Below, piece by piece: positions 52,501 through 64,000 of a stretch of DNA of 64,000 bases. The translations under genes were made by a program, and so were the position numbers. Within the stretch, counting starts at the first letter, position 1; every line of letters starts with the position of its first letter. Source of the stretch: Anthoceros angustus (Eukaryota > Plantae > Anthocerotophyta). Where the stretch lies: assembly GCA_010909165.1 (NCBI GenBank), contig VJWM01000107.1, positions 1,000,708 through 1,064,707 on the forward strand, written 5' to 3'. The notes under the pieces are model-generated. The model worked only from the letters and a program-made list of their open reading frames with translations. It made no database searches and had not been told where the DNA came from.

Positions 52501-53247
52501 AAACCAAGGGATTGGCGCGGTCCGGAGCTTGCTGTAACGCCTGTGACGCCTGGGGTTCTTTCCTTCACACTTGTCCCGCTAGTTGTGTTCAATTGAGAAG
52601 TGTTGAGTGGATGGTTGGAAGCCCGGGCAATTGAGGGAGAGAGAGAGAGAGGAGAAGATTGGGTGAAGGAGTGACTAAACAATCAGACGCGATGCGAGGT
52701 GAGAGGGGTTGAGAAGGGAACTAATTGAGAGGCTAAAGGAGATTTGTGTGAATCCAAAGAAACCAAACCGGTGGAAGGCGCAAGGGGAACAGGCCTTGTA
52801 AAGTTGTGTGAGTGTGGCGCCTTTGTGTGTGTGTGTGAGCGTGAGGATTTGTGGAATTTAGGTCCCTAGGAATCGGTGTGTGTGTGTGTGTGTGTGGAGC
52901 GATCCGTGCGCGCCGTGGACGCCTGCGGGATCCGCGGCCGGCCGAAATAAGTCGCTAGGGTTTGGGTGTGGGACCCACCTCGTGGTCGAAGCAACCACGG
53001 TGAGAGAGCCACCGCCGTGGAATGAGATTTGGTCGTGGAATAAGAGCCGTGGTAGCTAGACAAGTCGGGGGTAGTGGTTGAGTAGATAGGTAAGAGGAGT
53101 AATAGCAAGTAAGTCTTGACTTAGGTGAAGGTGAGCGATAGAAGTTAGCGCCTCACAAACCATTCACAAACCATTGGGAGCGAATCCTAAGCCTACAACG
53201 ACATTGAGGGTGAATGTGGACCTCCATCGGACACAATCCACTCCACA
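49510..53247 (+). repeat. 5' LTR of gypsy D (~3.74 kb)
   Basis: TG...CA bounded and followed by a PBS. 49510-51140 is repeated at 58173-59753 and 52126-53103 at 60513-61503. Contains (GA)n/(GT)n runs at 52635-52895. Confidence 0.8.
49823..52194 (+). pseudogene. LTR-embedded long coding-like frame, unknown protein (frameshifted)
   Basis: Downstream of TATATAT/TATAAG (49732, 49778). Pieces: MGKARGRRVGEPGKLNPRNDVILLKQ (3' copy), KPGFMEERWNYMN, MFRRQEADYLSDHLPLLHEVVKG, coiled-coil DEEEAKRKQSEEDKRNLEEIRAKIQED, YFYHRPVWGSYYAEATLEELSEEEVQLGW...DAKSR*. Confidence 0.55.
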
Positions 53248-53329
53248 TTTTGGCGCTGTCGGGAATGAAATCACAAGGACGAGGTAGAACTAACCATAGC
53301 TTAAGTAGAGTCTAGCATTAGATTGATAG

Positions 53330-56300
53330 ATGGATGCCTCGTGGAGACAAGCGATTCGATCCGACCGGGGAAACGCTCGCAAGACGGCAAGCAATGGAAA
53401 GATTGCAGAGTTACGAGGAGAGCACGGAGATCACACTTGGACGAGGAAGAGGCAGAGTCGGAGAATCGATCTTATCGGATTCGATTCCCAACCTCGACTA
53501 TGAAGCGTACAGGCCGTGTACCCGATTCCACCTTGTCTTTTGATCTCGCCCAGTTGCCTAGACCACCGGTCCAACTGGAATGTAGAGGTCCCGCACGTAG
53601 TGGCCGCCAACTACCGCAGCGTTGAAAGTACTACCCCAGAAGGCGGCTGCGATTCGTGCATTACTAAGCAATCTTACCTGTAAGAAAAGAAGGGCCATGA
53701 GGATCCCGACGAGTTTGTCGAGCTTTTGAGCACTGACGCCAACCGTGAGGATGCGATCGTGCCCCACTGCTTTATGGAGTCTTACGCGAGCGGCGCCAAG
53801 TGGTACAAGCGGAGTACATAGCTTCCACACCCCCGCCTACTTTGGGGCCTTGAAGAGAGCTTTTGTGAAAGGTTCAGAGGGGTCGATGTGGAAGGATATG
53901 TCTTGTCCAAACTCGAGGAGGAGAGGAAGAAGGAGACACAGCTTATGTGGAAAGGTTCCACACGGATCGGGCCGGTCCGCACTGAGCTAATGGCCATTCG
54001 CGGTTTGCAAGAGGATTGGGCGCGAGATGGGAAGGCACGTGCCTCCACGAGAAAGATTTGGATCGACAAAAGCCTCGAACTATGAGGAGTCCAACGCGAA
54101 GAGAAGAAGAACTCGAACAAGGGCGCACGGAAGGACAAAAAGAAATACAAAAAGAAGAAGAAGTACTATTCGCCCTCCTCGATAGCCATGGAGGAGGAAG
54201 AGGCGCTTCATCAAAGCGGGAAGGAAGAGAAGTCCAACCACAAAACGACGAGGGACTCGATGGAGTCGAAAAAAGGGCATGCGAATCCAAATGGACGGGA
54301 GCAAGGCACGCCACACTTAACGCGAGGGTTGCGATTTCGGATGGCATCACTGTGTAACTCCCTTAGCAGCCGAGACCGGATTCGAGGGTGAAGTGCAAAC
54401 GAGGACATGGACGGTGGGACTCGAGTCGACACATGGGCGAAAACCCGCAAGAGGAAAAAAGGATGAGTCGCTCCCGGCGTCGTGGGAAGGTTATGGATAT
54501 GATCCGACAAGAATCGAACAGACCCCGTATTTTGGCCACATGACCCACCCACCGCCACCTGTTTCAACGACCGCAACATCTCAAACAGCCATCATGCTGC
54601 GAAATGACGGTGGGGTTGGCAAGGAGAAACAGAAGCACACAGTGTTCCTTTCAATTTGACGCTATCATGGACCAAAAGTTCATGATAACGCTCGGACAGC
54701 TTCTCGTGGACAATCCTGCACCGCCAAAGAACTGGGGCATTGAAGGCGGCACAACCCAAGAAGAGAGAACCTTTCCACCCCAAGGCCGAAACCCTTTGTG
54801 AATATGGTGGCCATGATGGACTGAGACTGGAGCTATAGAAATTGGGATGTGTAATCAAGAAGGTGCCGCTAGATTCCGGTCGAGTCAACATCATGACAGA
54901 GGAGACCGCCTAAGCTTGGGTTGAGATAGAACATACATCAAAGGTGTTCCGGACATGTCCAAAATGGCGCCGTAGGGGAGTTGACGGAGTCCTAACCCAT
55001 ATTGGTACCATTCACTCATGGACTACGTGGTCATTAAACAAAAAGCGCCTGTGGTATGAGGTTCTCATTGACGAACATGGATGTATGGGGCACGTTGCAC
55101 CTTCAAATGGGAGAAGGAAGTGGGATTCAAACCGGACGGGACCCCAAAATTAAGGAGGAAGGATATGTTTGACTTGGAGCAGATAATGAGACACCCACAA
55201 ACGGAGGGATACACCTCAAGATACCTGGGGAGAGGATGAGAAGGAGAAATTCCCATTCGCATATATTTCGTGGTCGATGAAGAGGACGAGAGAGATATTC
55301 CCATTCCATCAACCTATTAGGGTGCTATGGAGTCACAATTGACAACCCGGTTGGACCGAGGAGACCGACGAGGTCGAGGAACAAGAAGTAGAGGTGAGCC
55401 GGGAGCGACGATCCGGACAAACTTCGGAGGGTGCGAGGAGGGTGTCTCACGTTTTACCTCGACGACCTATTCCGGAATGGGGAATGCGAAGGAGAACCAA
55501 GACATGGAGGAAGGGTTGCATCACATCCGCGGTGGAGAGAGAGGGGTGCATGATGAGGTCAAGGATGTGGAAGTGTTGCCCGGCAAGGTCCTTAAGTTTT
55601 CGAAGGATGAATGCAGACTTGGAAAGGGGTATGAAACAAATTGCGGAATTTATCCACGTTTTGCTTTTGACGTTACATATGAAGGGTATACCGAGGGAGT
55701 GGGGAGCACAAGATTGATCTCGAGCCGGTGTGCACAACCGGATACCGCAATACAAGCTAAATCCAAAGTATTCAAGGTAAAGGAACAATTGAGCTTTACT
55801 CACAGACGTCATATATCCTATTGTGACATCGGAGGGTAGCCCCAATTGTGGTGGTCCCAAGGGAAGATACGGGTCCCAGATTGGAGGAAGTTAAACAAGG
55901 TGACCAAAAAGACCATTACCCGCTTCCATTCATAGACAACATAATCGGACTTAGTTGCGTGGAGAATGGTCTACCTGCTCGGATGGGTATTCGGTATAAT
56001 ATCTCGTGGAGAGTGATTGGCCACTTTCTTCACTACAGATCGGGAACCTATGCCTACAAACGGAGCGCTCGGATTAACAGGGCACCGTGATCCTTCATGC
56101 GATGTTGTCAAGATTTTCAAGGAATACCTTAGGGACTTCATGGAGGTCTTCCGGATGACTTCGTGTTTGAGCAGCGAAAGATCACCTCAACCACCTTCGC
56201 AAATGTCCGAACGGTGTCAACAGACAATTGTGTCTACATCCCGAGAAAATGTTATTTCGGCATGAGGGTATTTTTGTTGGGGCACCGTGATTGCTGGGGA

Positions 56301-58140
56301 TAGAGGTCGACCCGGATAAGGTCAAAATCATTACCGCCTCAAGCCACCTACCACATCAAGGAGCTTAGGGATTCTGAATGGTAGGCTATTATCAAGGTTT
56401 GTGAAGAATTTCTCCGTAAGGCCCGCTACGTAATTGCTTCGCAAGGACCAGGAGTGGAATGGACGCAAAACGAGAGGAGGCCTTCAATGATCTTCGACCA
56501 CCGATCACAAAGACCCACGCTGCGGGCCGATCGAACAAGAAGTTCCACGTGTTTGTAGACGTTTCGCCTATGCAATCGGTACCATTCTAAGCCAAAGGGA
56601 TGACAAGAAGCACGATTATCCAATCTATTATGCAGGAGGCACCACCGACGCAGAAGAAAGTATACCACCACCGAGAGGGAGGCGCTAGGGATGGTGTACT
56701 CGGTTCGCAAGTTTCGGCCACTATTTGCTATCCTACGAGTTCGTCTTCCATGTGGACCACCTCAAACACCGGTAAACAAACCGACTTGTCCGGACGCAGC
56801 AAGATGGATCCTACTGCAAGAATTCACGCTCACGGTGGAGACCAGAGGAGGGAGTAAACATGTGAATGCAGATTACATTTCGAGGAAAACAGAGGAGGTT
56901 ACACAGACCAAAACGACGATTTTCCGATGAAGCTCGTCATGAAAGTTAGAGGGGGGAAGTCAACCATAAGGCGAGGGTAAATGGTGGCTCGGCAGAAATG
57001 AGAAGGGGAGAACGGATACACAAGGCCCACTCGAGGAGATGATGGAATTCGAAACGGGAAAATACCATCGGATCTTTCAAACCCCAGCAAAAGCGCTAGG
57101 CACTATTCGCGTCCGCTTGTACGACGCAAAGACAATCATAAATCGGGACCGGATGGGAGGTTATGGGTAACAAGGAGCAGTTATCCGAGGCCGAGAGATG
57201 CAGAGGGGAAGCGGAGGACATTTTGCGCACATATCACGTGCAAGAAGGTGCTTGAAACATCGGTGGCAAACCATGCATCGTGATGCTAGGGAGTTTGTTA
57301 AACGCGATGCTCGCCGAGGGTTGGGAAACCGTCAAACCACTCAATGGCCAATGGTTCCGATATTGGCCCCGCGCCATTCGAGAAAATGGGGAATAGACTT
57401 TGTTGGTCCCATACCCAAAAACGAGGACGCGACAAAACCAATACATCCTCGTGGCTGCACATTGCACGCGATGGTGGAAGCCCAAGCACCGCAGTAGACA
57501 TGCCATGTATGTTCCTCTATGAATGATTATCACTGATATGTCCCCTTGAGCTTGTCACGATGAGGGTCACATTTCTCAACGGTTATATCTCATATGACGA
57601 TCTACTTCAACGTCACAGAAAACGACTCCTTATAATCCCAAGGCAAATGGCTTAACGGAAAAGGCGAATGGGCTCAGTGATCCTCAACAAGCTAACGGTG
57701 GAATACGCTGACGATCGGGATCTTAAGCTTCACCCGCCTGGGCATACAGGATCGCAGAGAAAATAACAACGCAACAAACACCGTACTACCTACGCCATTC
57801 TCCTAATGCCTATTGAGTTTGAAATTCCATGAAACTAACCGCATGGCGAGAGGAAAGTCACCGAACGCCTGTCGCTAAACATACAGAGGATAGGGAACAG
57901 TGAGCGTCATGCGTGATATTCAAAGCGAAACGGAAAATATGGCATGACAAGGCGGAAGCAAGAGTGATTCTGTGACTTGGCCTCACGACAATAGGTACAT
58001 GCACTTTCCGCAAGCTCCACCTTCATGGATGGGGCTATAGGGTTCTCAAGTCTTCAAATGGCGATAACCGCAAGAGTTAGGTGGCTCCACTACCAACCCG
58101 AGTCAATGGGTGGAGGGTCAAGAAGTATTATACATAAGTT
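53330..58140 (+). pseudogene. pol: Gypsy D gag-pol (heavily frameshifted)
   Basis: Protease VPLDSG (~54865), RT KKDHYPLPFIDNI, IFKEYLRDFMEVF, RH EREALGMVYSVRKFR, ARWILLQEFTL, HVNADYISR, IN GGHFA, KWGIDFVGPIP, ANGLTEKANG, TRVNGWRVKKYY. No chromodomain. Confidence 0.88.
56996..57010 (+). other. Exact internal copy of the 3' polypurine tract (candidate central PPT)
   Basis: AAATGAGAAGGGGAG at 56996-57010 is identical to 58156-58170. Confidence 0.5.
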
Positions 58141-58172
58141 GGCGAGGACGCCAACAAATGAGAAGGGGAGTA

Positions 58173-59753
58173 TGTAAACGATCTAGTCACGGAAACCCTA
58201 AAATGTGCCCAAGTGTTTTTTTTTGGGTGTGAAAATAAGTCGTAGTTGGAGGTATATTATAGAAAATGTCCTTGGCCTATGGACTTTTCTTTGTTTTATT
58301 TAGGTTAGAAAATAAATGGTCCGGAATTTGGTGTTCCTTGGCCCATGGACTGGAATGTTCCTAAAAAGTCTATATATGTGAGATAGGGGGTTTGGAATAA
58401 TTAGAGTCTAGTCTATAAGTTGGGGTCGACTGACGGTAGCGAATGAGTGTGGTGGATTGGGATGGGGAAAGCAAGAGGTCGCAGAGTAGGGGAACCCGGG
58501 AAACTTAACCCTAGGAATGATGTAATCCTGCTCAAACAACGGAGCGCAACGACGGCAAGCGCCGACGCGAGAGGTCGCGGTCGGGGCACCGTGATCGCAG
58601 GAGGCGCGAGGCGCAACGACGAAGGGAAGGAGCTCAACCCGCCGATATCGCGAGGCGACGCAGAGGAGGAAGGCGCGACAGCAGCGCCCTTGCCGAGGAG
58701 GTAGGAACCCCGAGACCGACCTCCGAAATTCGCAGCGAGGTGGTGGCGCGAGACCGAAGACCGTGAGAGGATGGCGCCCAAGGTCACCACCGAAGCTTGC
58801 CCAATGGCAACATGGATCATTGGAAAGTTCGAGCTGAGTCGTGAAGGAGCCGGGTTTCATGGAAGAGCGGTGGAATTACATGAACTGGACCGGTGCAGGA
58901 GGCCACACGGCGATGACAGCGGGATTTAGAGCCGCAGGATTGGGACCGGAGTGGTTAGAAGGGTGCGGGGCAAGGAGGAGGCGGGCGGTTGGTGATGGAG
59001 CCGCAAAAAAGAAGCACGGCAAAAGCAGCTTAAAGCGGGCGATCATGAACCCAACGGCCGTTGAGGGACGGCAATGCAGCTTGATGGGTCCGCCGGGTTT
59101 TATGTTTCGCAGACAAGAAGCGGATTATTTGTCCGACCACTTGCCGCTCCTTCATGAAGTGGTCAAGGGGCAAGATCGAAGCGACCTCTTCGGTTGTGTG
59201 AAGAGAGGTTGAACTTGATTTCTCCGCCTCCTCTCTAATCTCACCATTTCGTCCATCTTTATGTTTACGCTAACTGCCCGCTGAGGTGGAGATTGTAGCC
59301 TCCCTCCACATGTGGAAGCCGGTTAGGGAGGTGAAATGGAAGGCGGAGGAGCCCAAGGAGGAAAAATCGGATAGCCGGGGAGTCGGTGGACAGCGCCTGG
59401 AGGAGGAGAAGGAAAATTCCCACCAAAGAAAAGGAGGAAGACCGGGGTGAAAGGGCATCAAAAAAGGTGAAGGCGGCCACTGTCGAAAAAGGCCAAGGCA
59501 GAAATGAAAGCCAAACGGCTTGGAGGTGGCAAGAGGAGGCGCGATCCGAGGACAATTTTGCCGACTGGATGCGATGATGAATCAACCTGAGGGTTTAGGC
59601 GACCTCGAGGCGGACCCTCCTCAAAGATGGGAAGAGATTTTCAAGGGGACTCCACCGCAACAGAGGTGGATGCAACCAATTGGTGAGGGTGCGCACTGCC
59701 GGGGAGGAAAGTTCTCGAGGGATGGCGTCGCGGGGCCGCCACAACAAGTGGAC
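58173..59753 (+). repeat. 3' LTR of gypsy D, first 1.6 kb
   Basis: Copy of 49510-51140; switches to array-unit sequence at the microhomology CAAGTGGAC. Confidence 0.85.
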
Positions 59754-60016
59754 AATGTTGAATAAGAACACCTACACACGAACCTAAACACCGACTACCG
59801 AACTCCCAATCCACTCAAAGCTTGAGACTCATAAGTAAACCTCAAACGACACCATCCAACCAGCCAAGCCTCGATAACATGGCCAATGTTGGATCAAAAG
59901 CTCCAAATCATACACGATACATGAGCCTAAGCGCCACCTAATCTTGAATGTGCTTGGATGAGGATGACACGTATTCACCTCACCAAAGCACATTGATAAG
60001 AGCTCCCAAAATCCCA

Positions 60017-60256
60017 AAGAACGAAGAAACCAGCCTATTGTCACTAAACCACTTTAAAACTCTTAAGAATTGGACCCCAAAGAACGTAAGAAACCAGCCT
60101 ATTGTCAATAAACCACTTTAAAACTCTTAAGAATTGGACCTCAAGAACGTAAGAAATCAACCTATCCTCAATAAATCACTCTAAAACTCTTAAGAATTGG
60201 ACAACGAAGAAACCAGCCTATGGTCAATAAACCACTTTAAAACTCTAAAGAATTAG
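60017..60256 (+). repeat. 4x ~63-bp minisatellite (fifth copy of the block)
   Basis: Same motif. Confidence 0.9.
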
Positions 60257-60512
60257 ACACAATGTTTTTGTGGACGAACTTTGGCGGATGGACGATCACG
60301 GACCTTGTTAGAAGACTGGAGCCTAAGAAGTTCAACATCGCAACAATAGTGTGGGATGAGGAAGACCCAGAACAATTGCCCGACGGTGCTTGGAAGACTT
60401 GGATCTAATGATCAAGCACAAACATGAGGGTATACACTTTGGGTGTTGACAAGCCCCATGGGAACTACTATTGGGACTATTTCTGGAATTTTTATTCCAG
60501 ACGGAAGTCGAG

Positions 60513-61503
60513 GTAGGGCGCGCAGATAGCGAGGCCGAGGTGGTAGCAACCTAAAGATAATTAGATGTCGACGACCTAGGATCGCCCGAATTGTGGCGCG
60601 CCCTTCGAGCATAGCCATCTTAGGACCTAAAATCCGGGGTGGTGCCCCACCGATGTATAAGAGGGGCGACTAGGTCCCTCACGCCGATAACCCCTGCTGA
60701 GATCCCCACGCCGCGTGGGTCGGGGAGACGTCCGATCGATGAGGCGGTGCGCGAGACGCCCTAGGTGGTCGAGCTTGCTCCGCACCGGGGAGGAGGGGTG
60801 ATAAAGCAATCTTGGCCGACAAAGGAGGAGGAAACCAAGGGATTGGCGCGGGTCCGGAGCTTGCTTCAGCCCGCTGTGACGCCTGGGGTTCTTCTTCCTT
60901 CACACTTGTCCCTCGCTAGTTACCAAGAGAAGTGTTGAGTGGATGGCTGAAGCTGCGACTGAGGGAGAGAGAGAGAGGGAGAAGATTGGGTGAAGGAGTG
61001 ACTAAACACCCAGACGCGAGGTGTGAGAGGGTTGAGAAGGGAACTAATTGAGAGGCTAGTAAAGGAGATTGTGTGAATCCAAAAGAAACCAAACCGGTGG
61101 AGAAGGTATGGAAGGGAACAGCTCCCTTGTAAAGTTGTGTGAGTGTGGCGCCTTGTGTGTGTGTGAGCGGTGAGGATTTGTGGAACTAGGTCCCTAGGAA
61201 TCGTGTGTGTGTGTGCATGAAGTGTGGAGTGCAGAATAAAGCGGATCCGCGTACGCCGTGGACGCCCGTGGTGGATCCGCGCATCTAGAAATAAGTCGCT
61301 AGGGTTTGGTGTGGACCCACCCTTGGTTGAAGCAACTACCAGTGAGAGCCACCGCCGTGGAATAAGATTTGGTCGTGGAATAAGAGCCGTGGTAGGGACA
61401 AATGGGGGTAGTAGTGGTTGAGTAGATAGGTAAGAGGAGTAATACCAGCGGCAAGGTGAGAGCTCGGGCGGCAGCAATGGAGGACGAGGACGCCAAGTCG
61501 AGG
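60513..61503 (+). mobile_element. Displaced, circularly permuted fragment of the gypsy D LTR within unit sequence
   Basis: Equals 52192-53103 followed by 52126-52191; both ends carry AAGTCGAGG, which is shared with the unit. Confidence 0.75.
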
Positions 61504-63000
61504 CAGCAAGTTCCTCCTCCGTGAAGTCGAAAACCTCTAAGGACTCGGTTAGTAGAGAGCATTTCATTTCCCAAGAAGCAACCTTCTAAATCAAGAGATA
61601 GATTTGTGTGCACGGCTTGTTAGGCAAACAGAGCCGTGAAGGAAAGCTTAGCGAATGATGAGTCGATGACAAGCCAGCCTTAGGTTAGGACATCAAGCCT
61701 TTTGCACTTGAATGTGGTGAGGTCCCGAGGGTGCCACTTTGTTAGATATACCTATGCACATGTGTAACATATAGTTATAGGCAGCATTAGTATGGGAACA
61801 CATACACACGGGCAGCAAATGTATGAGCTCTTTCTCACTATCATTCGTCAAAGGATTCCACCAACCAGCCTCAAGCTTGAGGGCTTTATGTGATGCCGTT
61901 CTCGCAATGTTCCGTCACGACCGGTGGTAATCCACTACCGCAAGGGCTGCAAGAGAACGCAAGTTGGCTCTTCCTAACCCCATGAGACCGGAAAACGATA
62001 TATTGGTCGAATGCACAACCTAGGGCCTTAATAGGCTTACCCACAGGCTCACACCATGTGAGACTTTCAAGACGTTTTACACTCTCAATTCATACACATT
62101 TCAATTTTTCCCCATCACTGTAGTGGCATACCAAGAAGGCCATATGGACATGCATTCACGTATGGTAGGGCCCCTAGACCATGGCGGAAACGCTCTCGTA
62201 GCTAGGTCCTACACACGACACAAGTCACATATCTTGCTCTTTAGTGATGTAGAGGCGCAAGTCGAATTCCGCACGGTGGAGAGCTCCTCCAGCGCTATCG
62301 CCACCATGCTTAAACAAAAAGACACTTTCAAAAACGAGCCGCGTGAGGAAGAAATGCCACCATTTCTTAAGCCAAATAGACAACATTTATAAGAACGTGG
62401 TTACTAAGCATCTTGTGCTTGATCGATACTTAGATGGGGTGTCTAGAGGAGTGGATACCCTTGGTGCGAATAGAGGCACACTATAGTACAAGTTGTTAAG
62501 AACCAAGTCCTATTATAGGAAAATTCAATCAAGTGGACTATAATAGACAAAGAGCTAGGTAAAGATTTAGAATCACCCACCTTAGTAGAAAAAGGGACCC
62601 ACACTCATCCATGCCTCGCCTCATCATCACTAACCACATCATTTATGTGCGGAAAATGCTCGATTATGTGTGTGAGAATCACATTCCTCTAGCATTTATT
62701 TGTAAATAATGTCAATCCCATTTATTGTTGCAATCATTTCATTCCGCATTTCATTGAGGATTTCATCTAGTCTTGTCAGTGATTGTAAGAAGCTCATCGT
62801 GTTTATCTCATCATCATGAAGATTTTATTATTATAATCTAATTATATGATGTTTAAATTAGTTTATTATTAAAAATATAATAAAATATAAAATAAGGAGA
62901 TGAATATTTAGTATCCGTAAATAGACATAACGATTTTCATAGCGACTATAACGACTTAACTTACTTAATGAGAAACTCTATTGAGAGAGTAGAGATAGAG

Positions 63001-64000
63001 ACATTAAGGCTCACATAGGTAGAATTTGCTAGAATAGAATTTCACCCAAGATGCTTGGATGTCGAACTTAAAATCAGGATACACTAAAATAAGGAGTGAG
63101 GCAAAGGCTGGAGGCGCGCTGTGGAGGTCAGTGAGGACCTCCTACAAAAGGAGGGAGCTTGTGAAGTAAAATCATCGGTTCTCCCTACCTTGAGTCCTTT
63201 GCTCCTTGTGAAGGAAGTTCGTGCCGCAAGCCAACGAAGGCCCGGGTAGAGAGGGAGTTTCACGGCGGAGTGCTTGGCGGAGGGCCCTCCCGCAGTGTCT
63301 CGCGAGTTGCTCCCTTGTGAATGGTTGTGGTGAATTGCTTTGCTTTGAGTGTGTGGCGATGCTCAAGGAACTCGGCTTGAGGGTCAGGGAAAGACTGGAG
63401 GTTCTCGCCCCGTGTAAACTACAAAGAACCGCCCAAGGAAAACTTGTTGTTTCAGACGGACCCTGACAGCTGTAAGGGCGAGTTGGAAACAATAAGCTAG
63501 AGGTGGTATTAGAGTAGGAGGTCATGGAAGGAGAGTAAGTAGGTGTGTAGGGCTAAGAAAAGCGTTGATGATGGTAGAGGAACTGAATATTGAGGAGGGA
63601 CTTAGCGTAGATCATAGCCGAAGGCCCAAGGCGAGCCTAAGGGAGGTGTCCCAAATCGCGCAGAACGTGCTCCAGCAGGAGCTAGCCCGGGCTGGAGGAT
63701 AACATTGCGGCGGATCGTGGGGTCCCGGTGCCCAGTGATTCCACGCCGAGGCATGGCCTATAGTGTCGTGTAGGCCAGAATTGGTGAATTTTCAGGCAAG
63801 TAGTGTAGCCGCTGCTGAGGGAAGTAGGATGATGCCTTGCTTGTTGAGGGGCCGTTGTAAATAAATGTGTGCATGGGTTGAACCTTCAGCCACGGCCAAC
63901 CAAGATCTCATGGGACGAAACCCAACGCAAGTAGCGGCTGGGATAAGTGTGACTGGGGTGAATCTGGAAGCCGGATACGCCCACAGAGGCCCGGCAAGGC
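63001..64000 (-). mobile_element. Non-unit insertion at the right edge; possibly the 3' part of a Penelope-like retroelement
   Basis: Unit sequence stops at GAGAGTAGAGATAGAG (63000). Minus-strand pieces YPASRFT and STHAHIYLQRPLNKQGII resemble the PLE RT thumb (HP.I.FT; KPTHT..YL..S.HP...K.GII). VVYTGR...EFLEH weakly resembles GIY-YIG. Confidence 0.3.

Larger units (their letters stand above)
49510..59753 (+). mobile_element. Ty3/gypsy non-chromovirus (Athila/Phygy-like) element D with very long LTRs; 3' LTR incomplete or mosaic
   Basis: The unit breaks at GGTAG(T)|TGTAGAC 49510. CA at 53247 is followed by TTTTGGCGCTGTCGGGA (Athila-type PBS TGGCGCCGTTGCCGGG, degenerate). pol follows, then PPT AAATGAGAAGGGGAG and TGTAAACG at 58173, starting a copy of 49510-51140. 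Confidence 0.88.
15896..63000 (+). repeat. Tandem array (macrosatellite/amplicon) of a ~3.95-3.98-kb unit, at least 4-5 units, interrupted by insertions
   Basis: Marker CATGAAGATTTT recurs at ~17210, 20562, 24517, 28493, 46220 and 62815. Spacing is ~3955-3976 bp after subtracting element B. AT-rich parts are near-identical between units. Confidence 0.95.

Overview
Eukaryotic, most likely land-plant, heterochromatin-like DNA from an error-rich long-read consensus. Indels cluster at CG/CHG words, so almost every ORF is frameshifted. The backbone from ~15.9 kb to 63.0 kb is a head-to-tail array of a ~3.95-3.98 kb unit. Each unit carries two intronless RING-H2 (ATL-like motif) finger cassettes, a 4x ~63-bp minisatellite and a second unidentified coding-like segment. 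The array is interrupted by: (A) a 3'-truncated chromovirus-like Ty3/gypsy (2880-15895, -) containing a Tnt1-like Ty1/copia (4785-11523, TSD GGCTC); (B) a complete chromodomain-bearing gypsy (30495-44251, -, TSD AATGT) containing a second copia (34985-42001, TSD AGGAC); (D) a non-chromovirus gypsy (49510-~59750, +) with a ~3.7-kb LTR that itself contains a long coding-like frame, plus an exact internal copy of its PPT; a ~3.3-kb module with a coiled-coil/RING-HC gene (17240-20560, better copy at 580-2875); and a possible Penelope-like fragment at the right edge. The best candidates for novelty are the ampliconic RING-finger E3 array and the LTR-embedded ORF. Several local duplications and mosaics are probably consensus artefacts.
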